A stretch of 64,000 bases of DNA from a virus (taxonomy: Duplodnaviria > Caudoviricetes). The stretch is taken from the IMG/VR virus record IMGVR_UViG_3300035505_000270, positions 1 through 64,000 of that record. One strand, 5' to 3'. The notes below the pieces were generated by a model, which worked only from the letters and a program-made list of their open reading frames with translations, did not search any database and was not told the origin of the DNA. Position 1 is the first letter of the stretch. The number at the start of each line of letters is the position of its first letter. Positions 1 through 10,773 of the stretch are shown one piece after another. The position numbers and the translations under genes are program-made.

Positions 1-43
1 AAATTTTTAAAAAGTCAAGTAAAAATTTTTAATTTTTTAATAT

Positions 44-72
44 TTGAAATTTAATAAAAATTATGTTATAAT
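44..72 (+). promoter_or_regulatory. sigmaA/70-type promoter upstream of gyrB
   Basis: TTGAAA-17bp-TATAAT with TG extension, followed by AAGGAG RBS. Confidence 0.75.
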
Positions 73-102
73 ATAATAAAAAATAAAAAGGAGAAATAAA
101 TA

Positions 103-2593
103 ATGTCATATGATATAAATGATATTCAACATTTAACCTTTAGAGAGGGCATTAGACAAAAAGTTCCAATGTATTTAGGTTCTGATGATACAGATGGAAT
201 TTATCAAGCTTTTAAAGAAATTGTAAATAATTCAACAGATGAGGCACTGGCTGGCTATGGCGATGTAATAGAGATTAAAGTAGATGAAGATAAAAATTTA
301 ATTTCTGTTAGGGATTATGGTAGGGGAGTGCCATTTGGTATTAGAGACAATGGAGAAAATGTATTAGTATCTATTTATACAGAATCTCATACTGGTGGTA
401 AATTTACAAAAGGTGCATATGCAAACAGCTCTGGATTAAATGGAATTGGAGCAAGTGCAGTATGTCTTTCTTCTCTATCTTTTGCAGTTGAAAGCTATAG
501 AGATGGAAAAGCGGCTGCCGCAAACTTTACTAAAGGAATTTTAGATAACTATAAAGAATTTGATACAAAAGAAAAAAATGGTACTTTTGTTAGCTTCATT
601 CCTGATAAAGAAGTCTTTAAAAATATGACTGATACTTTTACTTTTGATAGAATAATAAGTGAAATAAAAAATATATCTTATCTTAATAAAGGTGTACATT
701 TTATTATTACTAATAAAAAGACAAAACAGAAAAAAGAATTTTATTCAAAAAATGGTATTGCAGATTTTGTTATAGCAGAAGCAAAATCTCCATTAATGAA
801 GCCTATTATTTGTAAAGCAAAAGATGAAATAGATGAGGTTGAAATTGCTTTCTGCTGGACTGCGGGGAAAGAAGCTGCACACGTTTTTGTTAATGGTTTG
901 TATTGTAATGAGGGCGGAAGTCCAGTTACAGGAGCTAAAACAACATTAACAACACAAATCAAGAAAATGAGCGGACAAGACTTAGATGCAGATTTAATTA
1001 GGAAAGGTTTAGTTTATGCTATTAATTGCAAAGTTGCTGAACCCTCTTTTGCAAATCAAACGAAATCAAAGATAAATAATCCTAATCTTCGTACTCTTGC
1101 TTCAAAAGCTTTTAAAGAAGGACTTGATGAATTTCAGAATAGTACAGACTTTGATAATATTATTAAGATGTTAATTAAAGTTCAAAAGGCAGAAAAAGCT
1201 GCAGATAGAGCTAGACGTCAAATCCTTGAAACTTCAAAAGAAATAGAAAAAAATGCTAGTAAAAAAGTATTTAATTCAGATAAATTAAAAGACGCGGAGT
1301 TCTTAGGACCTGGGTCTACGCTGTTAATAGTAGAGGGTAAGTAATTATTGCCCTAATCCTTTTTACCACCTCATCAGTGGGGTTACTTAATTAAAAATAA
1401 GTAGCTAACGGGGAAAGCTGACCGTTACACTTGTAAGTCAAAACAAGTTTAGGCGAAGTCAATCCCGTGGCAAGATTTTATATTGAAAAATTTTTGGACA
1501 AAACTTGATATTTTAATCATATTCCTTTTAGAACTGTTTATGCAGAATTTAAAGATAAAATTTCTAAAAGAGGGCTGCAAAAAGTATGGTATTTTGAAAT
1601 TGGAAAAATATTCATCCTGAATATAATAATGCAGAAAATAAATATTGGCATTCTCACCAAGCAAAAGCAAATGCTTCTGAAATTGCTGCTAATAATACAA
1701 AAGCTTTTACAAAAGAACAAGTTTTACAAATGAGACAAGATTATGATAATGGTATGAGTCCAAAACAAGTTTGGTTAAAATATGTGCCAGATAAAGCATG
1801 GTTTACTATATATAATATAGTAACACACCAAACTTATAAAGATATAGAATAAGCTGTATCGACTATACAGGGCGAGACCTGTAGTAGAAATATTATTGAT
1901 ACATATTTCGAAATAGAGGACACGATGAAGGTTTGACAAACCAGAGTGAAGAGATAGTCAGTGCCTATAGAAATATAGGAGCACACGGATAGTGCTGCAG
2001 GTGCCATGGCTAATGCACGTGATTACTCCAAGTATGGGATTCTTGCAATCAGAGGAAAAATGATTAATTGCCTTAGTAATAATGAAGAGCGAATTGCTGA
2101 TAATGAAGAAATTAAATTATTACTAAAAGCTATGAATATTGTACCAGGAAAATATAATCCCGCTAAATTGCGCTATGGTAGAATAGGTATATGTAGCGAT
2201 GCAGATAGTGATGGCGCGCACATAGGCTTGTTGATTATGTCCGCTTTGCAATATCTTGCGCCACAATTTATACAAGAGAATAGATTATGCTGGTTAAAAT
2301 CTCCGCTTTATATTGTAAAAAATGGAAAAGAAGAACAGTATTATTTTACAGATGAAGAAATGAATGCAGTACGAGATTCTATTAAAGGGGAAGTTCAGCG
2401 AAACAAAGGCTTAGGAAGCTTATCTACAGAGCAAGCCCAACGTTCAATGTTCTCGGATGAATTTCAAAGAATGGAAGTATTAAAACCTAATCCTAACGCA
2501 ATCCAAATGTTAGAAGAACTAATGGGTGATGATGTAAGTTATCGTACAGATTATATATTTAAAAATGTAGATTTTGCTACAATTCATGAATAA
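103..2593 (+). CDS. gyrB: DNA gyrase subunit B, split by group I intron (exons 103-1338, 1988-2593)
   Basis: GHKL motifs (EIVNNSTDE, DYGRGVP, HTGGKF, GLNGIG). Splicing restores the TOPRIM motif LLIVEG|DSA; DADSDG and RNKGLG are in exon 2. Confidence 0.93.
1339..1987 (+). mobile_element. Group I intron in gyrB
   Basis: Exon ends in U; P1 AGGGU/GCCCU; GCTAACGGGGAA...AATCCCGTG core; P7 GACTA(1861)/TAGTC(1955); terminal G1987; in-frame junction. Confidence 0.92.
1538..1852 (+). pseudogene. Homing endonuclease remnant (C-terminal DNA-binding part only, frameshifted)
   Basis: Fragments GLQKVWYFE / WKNIHPEY...FTKEQVLQMRQDYDNG resemble the C-terminus of the dnaB-intron HEG (FTDEQVMEIRKKY); no catalytic domain. 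Confidence 0.6.
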
Positions 2594-2602
2594 AAATTTT
2601 AT

Positions 2603-2631
2603 TTGATTTTAATTAAAAATAATATTATAAT
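2603..2631 (+). promoter_or_regulatory. sigmaA-type promoter upstream of gyrA
   Basis: TTGATT-17bp-TATAAT. Confidence 0.65.
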
Positions 2632-2662
2632 TATAATAAAGAAAAATAATTAGGAGAAAAAT

Positions 2663-5600
2663 ATGAATATAGAAAGAAATATGCAATCTATTATTGAAGA
2701 TAGTTTTACTACCTATGCGGGAGCTGTACTCCAATCACGAGCGCTTGTAGATGTAAGAGATTGTTTAAAACCCTCTGCAAGACAAATTTTTTATTGTTTA
2801 TATACAGATAAGTTCTTGCCTAATAAACCATTTAAAAAGACTTTGAAAGCTATAGGTTCGGTAGCCCGAATGTATATCCACGGTAGAGTAGTAAAAAATT
2901 AATTTTTAGTTGCCGTGTTAAAATCGCGGAATTAAGCGGGAAGGCTAAATCAGAAATGATATGCTAATCCGAACCGAAGGCTATAGAAACTATAGTCAGG
3001 GGCAACGCATAGAGGGTGAAAAGATATAATCCCTCCACGAGGCCGCGACATCTAATAAAGATGAAAAGATATGCTAAACTGAAATAGAAAAGACTATTTG
3101 ATGAAAATGAGCGAAAGCTCCAGAGCATAGGATAAAAAGCCTATGGTTAATAATTATTGGACGCAAGTGCAGAAGGCGTTATAATGAGATCGGGTCAACC
3201 ATTTGCTATGCGGTATCCGCTGATTGAAATAGAAGGTAATGGCGGAAACTTAATGGAAACTGGTAATTGGGCAGCGCCTCGTTATTCTTCTTCAAGATTA
3301 AGCAATTTTTCACTTAAATTATTTGAAGATATAGATAAGAATACTGTAGAAGAGTGGAGAGATAATTATGATGATACTGAAAAGTATCCATCAGTTCTTC
3401 CGTCTAAAGGTTTTTACAACATCGTTAATGGAACTCAGGGTATTGGTATGTAATAATGCCTGTGTTATTACCTTTCTTGTTCACCACAAGGCTCATATAT
3501 AAAGTATGGGTAACGGGGAAGCCTGCCTAATATTTTTTAGGGCAAAATAGAATAATGCCTCATTTATAATTTAATATTATAATGTAAAATATTAAATGGT
3601 AATCCCGTGGGAAACAATGAAAGGAGACTTTTATGAAGTATAATGAAATTCCGCAACATATTTCTGGTATTTATAAAATTAATTTTCCTAATAATAAAAT
3701 TTATATTGGAAGAGCAATAAATATAAGACGTAGAATATCAGAGCATTTTAGAAAAGAAGATAATACAGCTTGCTATGCAGCTTTACATAAATACTATTCT
3801 AAATGTGAAGATATAGAAAAGAAAATGAAACATATCCTATCAGAAATTTTTATCCAAAAAGAAAAGTCTCCAAGTAATTGTAGCCTGTATCGACTATCCT
3901 CGGAGCGGAGGAGTAGGACTATTATTGGTACATAGTTCGAAATGGTAATCGTTGTCATAAGACAATTAAGATATAGTCAGTGCTTATGGAAACATAAGAG
4001 CGCTACGGTTGGCGCATCTAGTAGCCTCCCTCAGTTTAATATTAAGGATGTTAATAAAGCACTAGAAGTACTATTATTAAATCCTAATGCAGATTTTGAA
4101 GAAATTTATTGTCCGCCAGATTTTGCTACAGGAGCTTATTTAATTAATGAAAATGAAGTCAAAGAAGCTTTAAAATATGGTTCAAAAGTAAACGCAAAAG
4201 ATAATAATGCTGTTGGGGCGTCTTGTAAGTTAAGAGCAAAAATAGATTATAGTAATAAAGAAAATTGTTTAATAGTAAATGAAATTCCTTATGGAGTATA
4301 TACAAATACTATATGTAAGCAATTAGAGGCTCTTCTTGATGATGAAGAGAATAATCCTGGTGTTGATAGGTTTAACGATTTAACTGGCGAAAAGGTATTG
4401 ATTAAAATTTATCTTAAAAAAGGGATTAATCCTGATAGAGTGATTAAATCATTATATAAAAATACCTCTTTACAATATCATTTTAGTATCAATATGACAA
4501 TGCTTGATCAAGGTAGATTTCCAAAAGTATTTGGTTGGAAAGAAATTTTACAGGCACACATTGATCATGAAAAAAGTGTTTATATTAATGGCTTTAAATT
4601 TGATCTAGATAAAATTGAAAGTAGAATACATATTATAGATGGTTTATTAATTTGTTTAGCTTCAATAGAAGAGGTTATTCAAGAAATTAAATCCTCTAAC
4701 TCGACAGCAGATGCAAGTATTAAATTACAATCTAAATTTTTATTAGATGAATTGCAGGCAAAAGCTGTATTAGATATGAAATTATCTCGCTTAGCTCACT
4801 TAGAAGTAAAGAAACTTGAAGATGAAAAAAATGAATTAGAGAATAAAGCAAAAGAGATTGAAACTATATTAAATAGCGAAGAACTTCTTAATAATGAACT
4901 TATTAAAGGCTGGAGAGAAGTTGCTAAGAAATATGGAGATGAGCATAGAACTAAAATTATTACAGTTGAAGAAGATACAGAAGATAAAGAAATTGAAACT
5001 GTAGTTGCAGAAGATGTTGTAGTTATCCTAACTCAGACCGGGGAGATTAAGCGCATTCCCGCATCTAGTTTTAAAGTTCAGCGCAGAAATGGTAAAGGTA
5101 TAAAGACAGAAGAAAGTGCTGTCTTAGAGAGCATCTCTACTAATACTATTGATACTTTGATGTTCTTTACTAATACTGGTAAAATGTATAAATTACTTGT
5201 AGATGATATACCTACTGGAACTAATACTTCAAAAGGTATTAGAATAAGTAGTTTAATTAGCTTAGAAGATAATGAAAAAGTGGTAGCCATGACTTCATTA
5301 CATAGAAAGAGCAAACCTCAATATGTAGTTTTCTTCACAAAACAAGGTTTAATTAAAAAGACTTTGTTAGAAGAATATATGAAGGTAAAGCGCGGAAAGG
5401 GCACCGCCGCAATTAAATTTAAAGATAATGATTCATTAGCTAATGTTTTGTTTATGGATGAAGAAGAAGTCGTGATAGTTACTAAAAAAGGTATGTCAAT
5501 TCATTTTAGCACAAAAGATATAGCAGCAATAGGTAGAGTTACATCAGGAGTAAAAGCAATTAAATTAGAAGCGGATGATGAAGTAGTTATAGGATTACCT

Positions 5601-5897
5601 ATTCATAAATATTCTGATAATTTAGCTATTTTCACCACTAGTGGTTTAGGTAAGAAAGTTTCTCTTGAAGAGATACCATATCAGGGTAGGAGTGGAAAAG
5701 GTGTAATTGTATATAAGACTTCTAACTCTACTGGAGAAATTGCGGGCGCCGCAATGATAGATAAAGATGATAATATTTTATTGGTTGGTAAGCCAGGTTC
5801 TATATGCATTTCTGCTAACGATATTCCTTTACTAAATAGAGTAAGTTTAGGTAATATTATGTTAAAAGGAAAAATTAACTCAGTAGTTAAACTATAA
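2663..5897 (+). CDS. gyrA: DNA gyrase subunit A, split by two group I introns (exons 2663-2884, 3160-3447, 4008-5897)
   Basis: RALVDVRDCLKP, HG|D, catalytic AAPRY, NGTQGIG|VG restored by splicing; C-terminal pinwheel repeats with GyrA-box-like QRRNGKG. Confidence 0.93.
2885..3159 (+). mobile_element. Group I intron 1 in gyrA (no ORF, 275 nt)
   Basis: P1 CACGGU/GCCGUG; P7 GCATA/TATGC; terminal G3159; removal joins HG to DASAEG in frame. Confidence 0.88.
3448..4007 (+). mobile_element. Group I intron 2 in gyrA
   Basis: Exon ends GGU; IGS GCC; GTAACGGGGAA...AATCCCGTG; ATCGACTA/AAGATATAGTC P7; terminal G4007. Confidence 0.92.
3633..3935 (+). pseudogene. Truncated GIY-YIG homing endonuclease
   Basis: GIYKINFPNNKIYIGRA motif; only 100 aa, with apparent internal deletion. 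Confidence 0.7.
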
Positions 5898-5921
5898 AGG
5901 GGGAATAATTCTCCCTTCTTG
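5897..5921 (+). terminator. Intrinsic terminator after gyrA
   Basis: AAGGGGGAA-taa-TTCTCCCTT hairpin then T-rich tract. Confidence 0.6.
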
Positions 5922-6105
5922 TTTTCTATAAAATTTTATGTTATAATATATATAATATAAGAAAGGAAAATAATAAATATATTATTATTATACTTGGTAT
6001 AGGGAGCCTATTTATAATATTAATGGAGCTGCTATAAATACAATTCCAAATGTAATTCCTATAGAAAGATGGTTTATTTTAAAACAAAAGGAAATAAATA
6101 TAAAT

Positions 6106-8043
6106 ATGAATATTACAAATACTATAAGAAATTATATAGATACGTTAAATAAATATATATTAGCATACGATGAAGGACATCCACTTGTTTCAGATGAAGA
6201 ATATGATAATTTATATTTTAAACTTCAACAATTAGAAAATGAAACTGGGTATGTATATGATGATTCTCCTACTCAAACTATTACTTATACTATAGTTAAT
6301 GAATTAAACAAAGTTAAACATAATCATTGGATGGGTTCCCTTGATAAGACTAAAGATTGGGATATTTTTCTTAATTATTTTAGGTCTAAAAATATATCAA
6401 AAGATGTAATAGGTATGCCCAAACTTGATGGTTTAACTTGTTCATTAAGATATATTGATGGATATTTGGTAAGTGCGGAAACTCGCGGTGATGGGGAAAT
6501 AGGCGAAGATATTTTGTACAATGCGCAAGTAATAAAATCTATTCCTAATAGAATAAATTATAAAGATGAATTAGTATTAGATGGAGAAATTATCTGTACC
6601 TACCAAGATTTTGAGCCACATAAAGATGAATATAAGAACCCTCGCAATTTTGCAGCTGGAAGTATTAGATTATTAGATTCAAAAGAATGCGCTAACCGCA
6701 ACTTGACTTTTGTAGTATGGAATATAATTAAAGGATTTAATGGTAATTCTTTTGTGGACAAATTACAAGAGGCAAAAGAATTAGGTTTTATTATTGTGCC
6801 TTACATCTCATCTTTTGATTGGGATGCAAAAGAATATCTTCAAGATACAGCAAAAGAATTAGGTTATCCAATAGATGGATTGGTAGGCAGGTTTGACGAT
6901 ATAGAGTATGGGGAATCTCTTGGCTCTACGGCTCATCATAGCAATGCCGCCTATGCTTTTAAATTTTATGATGAAATTTATGAAACTAGGTTAATAGATA
7001 TAGACTATGATGTATCTAGGAAAGGAGTATTAACTCCTGTAGCTTTATTTGAGCCTATTGATATTGAAGGTACGGAAGTATCAAGGTCTAGTCTGTGTAA
7101 TTTAAGCATAATGGAAGAAAAATTAGGTAATCCATATAAAGGACAGCTCCTTAAAATTAGCAAAAGAAATCAAATAATTCCTTATGTTGAATCTGCGGTT
7201 AAAGCAGACCTTTCTGCTTTATTAGATTATATTCTTCCTTTGGATAAATGTCCAATATGCGGAGGTCAAGTAGCTATTGAAACAAGCGATACTGGAGTTC
7301 AAAATCTTTATTGCTCTAATGATGAATGTCCACGAAAGCTTAATCAAAGAATAAATCATTATTGTGATAGAAAGCATGGATTAGACGTAAAAGGATTAAG
7401 TTTAGCTACAATAGAGAAATTAATAGATTTAGATTGGTTAAATAATATAATTGACCTTTATTCATTAAAAGAGCATCGCTTAGAATGGATTAAATTACCA
7501 GGCTTTGGTGAAAAATCTGTAGATAAGATTTTAAATGCAATAGAAGAAAGTAAGCATTGTAAATTAGAAAGCTTTATTGCTGCGCTTGGTATTCCTCTTA
7601 TTGGAATACAGGTAGCTAAGGTTATTGCTGAACATTATCCTACATGGGAAGAATTTAAAAATGCGGTTGGCGGGAATTGGAGCGCCTTACCTGGGTTTGG
7701 ATATGAAATGGAAAAGGCTTTAAATAATTTTGATTATTCAGAAGCAGATAAGATTGCGGAAATGCTTGACTTCGAGCACCAAGAAGCAAAGACTGCAGGC
7801 GAACATAGCGACACCTCCGCACTTAATATATGTGTTACTGGAAAACTAGGAATTATATGGGCTAAACGCGATGACCTAGTTGCTTTTGTAGAATCTAAAG
7901 GTAGTAAAGTAACTTCTACTGTAACTTCAAAAACAGATTACTTAGTTTGTAATCAAGATAGTAATTCCGCAAAGCACAAGAAAGCACGAGAATTAAATGT
8001 ACCTATAATCAATGAAACCCAGCTTAAGCTGCTACTTAGTTGA
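6106..8043 (+). CDS. ligA: NAD-dependent DNA ligase
   Basis: SDEEYD, KLDG, ETRGDGEIGED, NPRNFAAGS, AFKF, Zn finger CPICG, HhH repeats, C-terminal BRCT. Confidence 0.95.
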   Translation: MNITNTIRNYIDTLNKYILAYDEGHPLVSDEEYDNLYFKLQQLENETGYVYDDSPTQTITYTIVNELNKVKHNHWMGSLDKTKDWDIFLNYFRSKNISKDVIGMPKLDGLTCSLRYIDGYLVSAETRGDGEIGEDILYNAQVIKSIPNRINYKDELVLDGEIICTYQDFEPHKDEYKNPRNFAAGSIRLLDSKECANRNLTFVVWNIIKGFNGNSFVDKLQEAKELGFIIVPYISSFDWDAKEYLQDTAKELGYPIDGLVGRFDDIEYGESLGSTAHHSNAAYAFKFYDEIYETRLIDIDYDVSRKGVLTPVALFEPIDIEGTEVSRSSLCNLSIMEEKLGNPYKGQLLKISKRNQIIPYVESAVKADLSALLDYILPLDKCPICGGQVAIETSDTGVQNLYCSNDECPRKLNQRINHYCDRKHGLDVKGLSLATIEKLIDLDWLNNIIDLYSLKEHRLEWIKLPGFGEKSVDKILNAIEESKHCKLESFIAALGIPLIGIQVAKVIAEHYPTWEEFKNAVGGNWSALPGFGYEMEKALNNFDYSEADKIAEMLDFEHQEAKTAGEHSDTSALNICVTGKLGIIWAKRDDLVAFVESKGSKVTSTVTSKTDYLVCNQDSNSAKHKKARELNVPIINETQLKLLLS

Positions 8044-8068
8044 TTTTTTAAAAATTTTGTGGTATAAT
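8040..8068 (+). promoter_or_regulatory. sigmaA-type promoter
   Basis: TTGATT-17bp-TATAAT with TG extension. Confidence 0.6.
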
Positions 8069-8214
8069 AATTATATAAAGAAATAAAGAAAAAAGACACC
8101 TCTGGGCAGAAGTGTTAAATTTATTATTTCTAAATTTCAATAATAATACACTCCCTTAAACAAAGGAAGGTTTTATTTATATAAAATATATTATTTAGAA
8201 AAATAAAAAATTTC

Positions 8215-8243
8215 TTGACAAATGAAAAATTTTATGATATAAT
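8215..8243 (+). promoter_or_regulatory. Consensus sigmaA promoter
   Basis: TTGACA-17bp-TATAAT with TG extension. Confidence 0.85.
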
Positions 8244-8323
8244 ATATTTATCAAAAATGAGGAATATAATCCTCAATAATAATAATAATAATAATATTTA
8301 ATTAAAAAGGAGAAATTTTAAAG

Positions 8324-8608
8324 ATGGCTTTAAATGAAAAGAACAAGAAAGTATTTGAATTTGTAAAGGAAAATCAGGGAGAAAATATTACAGCAGCAGA
8401 TATTGTTGAGGGCACAGGACTTGAGATTCGTAGTGTAAATGGTATCGTTACAAGTGCGTTCCAAAAGAAAGGACTCATGGAAAGAATCCCAGCTGAGATT
8501 GAAGTAACTGATGCAGAAGGTAAGGTATCTCATAAGGCAGTGAAGTTTATCAGACTGACCGAGGCAGGCCTTGAATTTGATCCTGATTTGACTGATGACG
8601 CAGAGTAA
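8324..8608 (+). CDS. Winged-helix DNA-binding protein
   Basis: ITAADIVEGTGLEIRSVNGIVTSAFQKKGL HTH-like pattern; strong RBS. Confidence 0.6.
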   Translation: MALNEKNKKVFEFVKENQGENITAADIVEGTGLEIRSVNGIVTSAFQKKGLMERIPAEIEVTDAEGKVSHKAVKFIRLTEAGLEFDPDLTDDAE

Positions 8609-8621
8609 TTTATTGAATATA

Positions 8622-8652
8622 TGGGGAGCTAATTTAGCTCCCTATCTTTTTC
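8622..8652 (+). terminator. Intrinsic terminator
   Basis: GGGAGCTAA-t-TTAGCTCCC inverted repeat plus T tract. Confidence 0.65.
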
Positions 8653-8667
8653 AATAAGGTAATTAAT

Positions 8668-9627
8668 ATGATTTTTGAAATAATTTTTTTTATATTTGCA
8701 TTAATTTGTTTAATTATAGGAATTAAATATTATATTAATGCAAATCAGATAAAAGTTACTAAATATAAAGAACAAGAATATTTAGATAACCAATATAAAT
8801 TAACACAACAAAATTGTGAGCATATTAAAAAAGAACACCAACAATTAGTTGAAAAATTTGAGCAAGATAAACATCTTTATGAACAGATAGAAAAAGAAGA
8901 TTTAGCAAAAGTACAACAATTATATACCGCTGAAAAAGATAAAGTTACTGTACAGTTTGAGCAATATAAACAAACTACTTCTTTAGCTAGTGAAAAATAC
9001 TTTGAGAATTTAGAAACGGAATATGAAAATGCTGAAATTGCATATAATAATAAAATAAATAAATTAAATTTAGAATATGCGCAAACTAATCAAGAATTAC
9101 AAAAGATAAAAGATACGTTAGCAGCGAGCATTCAAGCCCGCATCCGCGAGAAGGAAATTCAAGATAATCTTTCTTTCTATTGTTTACAAATATCTGATGT
9201 TGATAAATTAGATATACAAAGGCTAGAACAAGTTAAAAAAACGTTATCTAAGCCTAGAGTTCTTAGTATGTTAATATGGCAGACATGGTTTCAAAAGCCA
9301 CTTAAAGCTTTATGTGCAAATGTACTAGGTACTAATGAAAAGACTGGCATCTATAAAATAACCAATGTTGAGACGGGCGAGTGCTACATCGGTCAGGCAA
9401 CGAATACCGCGTCTAGGTGGACAGACCATGCTAAGTGCGGATTGGGCATCGATACCCCCGCAAATAATAAACTATATAAAGCCATGCAAGAGTATGGTTT
9501 ATGGTCTTTTTCTTGGGAGCTATTAGAAGAGTGCCCAAGAGAGCAATTAAATGAAAAAGAAAAATATTATATTGGGTTGTATGATAGTTATAATTTTGGC
9601 TATAATTCAACTATAGGGAATAAATAA
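8668..9627 (+). CDS. Membrane-anchored coiled-coil protein with C-terminal GIY-YIG nuclease domain
   Basis: N-terminal hydrophobic helix, long E/K/Q heptads, GIYKITN...CYIGQ...R...E...N motif. Confidence 0.75.
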   Translation: MIFEIIFFIFALICLIIGIKYYINANQIKVTKYKEQEYLDNQYKLTQQNCEHIKKEHQQLVEKFEQDKHLYEQIEKEDLAKVQQLYTAEKDKVTVQFEQYKQTTSLASEKYFENLETEYENAEIAYNNKINKLNLEYAQTNQELQKIKDTLAASIQARIREKEIQDNLSFYCLQISDVDKLDIQRLEQVKKTLSKPRVLSMLIWQTWFQKPLKALCANVLGTNEKTGIYKITNVETGECYIGQATNTASRWTDHAKCGLGIDTPANNKLYKAMQEYGLWSFSWELLEECPREQLNEKEKYYIGLYDSYNFGYNSTIGNK

Positions 9628-9628
9628 A

Positions 9629-10303
9629 ATGGGAAAAGTAATTATACAAGTAGACACAACAAGACATCCTCTCCAATTAATGGGAAAAGAAGCGGGAGTT
9701 TGTTGGGGCGCAGATAGTTCAGATAAAGATAAAAATTACAAGCGCGGACTTAGCTGTTTAGAAAGCGGTCATGGGCGCGTAAGCGAGTTCCCGCAAGTGT
9801 ATTTAATTTTAAAAGGATATTCCACAAGGGTTATCCGCGAATTGTATACACACATAGGCGGAGCACCTACTAGACTACAAGCAAGCACAAGATATCTTGA
9901 TTATAGTGCTTTTGATTATATCATTCCATCTTCTATTGAGAATAATGATGAAGCAAAAGAAATTTATCAAGATTGCATGGAGCAAATCCAGCGCTCTAGT
10001 GTTTTACTTAATAGTATTGGTATACCTAGGGAGGATGTAGCAAATCTTTTGCCTCTTGGTATGACAACAGATGTTGTGATTAGAACTAACCTCCGCCAGT
10101 TGATAGATATGTCTCACCAAAGACTTTGTTCAAGAGCCTATTGGGAATTTCGTCAATTAATGAATGATATAATCAACGCATTAAAAGAATATTCTGATGA
10201 ATGGAAAGTAATTATTGAACAAGAGTTTAAACCTAAATGTGAATTATTTGGCTATTGTTCTGAGGCTAAGAGTTGTGGTAGAAAACCTAAAAAAGCTACA
10301 TAA
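9629..10303 (+). CDS. thyX: FAD-dependent thymidylate synthase (variant motif)
   Basis: SGH...SEF, QASTRY, REDVANLLPLG, NLRQL, RLC.RAYWEFR. Confidence 0.85.
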   Translation: MGKVIIQVDTTRHPLQLMGKEAGVCWGADSSDKDKNYKRGLSCLESGHGRVSEFPQVYLILKGYSTRVIRELYTHIGGAPTRLQASTRYLDYSAFDYIIPSSIENNDEAKEIYQDCMEQIQRSSVLLNSIGIPREDVANLLPLGMTTDVVIRTNLRQLIDMSHQRLCSRAYWEFRQLMNDIINALKEYSDEWKVIIEQEFKPKCELFGYCSEAKSCGRKPKKAT

Positions 10304-10312
10304 TAATTTTAT

Positions 10313-10341
10313 TTGATTTTTATAATTTTTTATGTTATAAT
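10313..10341 (+). promoter_or_regulatory. sigmaA-type promoter
   Basis: TTGATT-17bp-TATAAT with TG extension. Confidence 0.65.
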
Positions 10342-10377
10342 ATAAGTATAATAAATAAGGAATGGTAAAAATAAATT

Positions 10378-10749
10378 ATGACTAAAAAAGAAGCTTTTAT
10401 TAAAATGGTAGAAGAATTACTTAACCCTCTTGACACTACAGAATTAGATAAAATGGCACTAGAGTATTTTGAAGAATTAAAAAATAGTGCTGCGCCAAAA
10501 GAAAAAGTTGAACTTACAGAGAGTGGTGCAAAGATATTAAAGTATATGCAAGAGAACGAAGCAAATAAGAGTTTTACTTCAAAAGAAATTGCGGAAGGTC
10601 TATTTACCTCTTCTCGTTCTGTATCTAGTTCAATGAGAAAATTAATTACTGAAGGTTTTGTTGAAAAACTTACATTAGAACCAATTACTTACGGTCTAAC
10701 TGATAAGGGTACTACAAAAGATTTAAGTAATGTAAATATTGAAGAATAA
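10378..10749 (+). CDS. Winged-helix (MarR-like) DNA-binding protein
   Basis: FTSKEIAEGLFTSSRSVSSSMRKLITEGFVEK; similar architecture to 8324-8608. Confidence 0.6.
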   Translation: MTKKEAFIKMVEELLNPLDTTELDKMALEYFEELKNSAAPKEKVELTESGAKILKYMQENEANKSFTSKEIAEGLFTSSRSVSSSMRKLITEGFVEKLTLEPITYGLTDKGTTKDLSNVNIEE

Positions 10750-10773
10750 TGTATTTAAGGAGAAAATGTTTTT

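Noticed and set aside
3942-4007. ORF-track starts at 3157, 3942, 14758, 15785, 24299, 29278 and 60352
   Set aside because: These lie in intron sequence or just inside a downstream exon; they are not independent gene starts.
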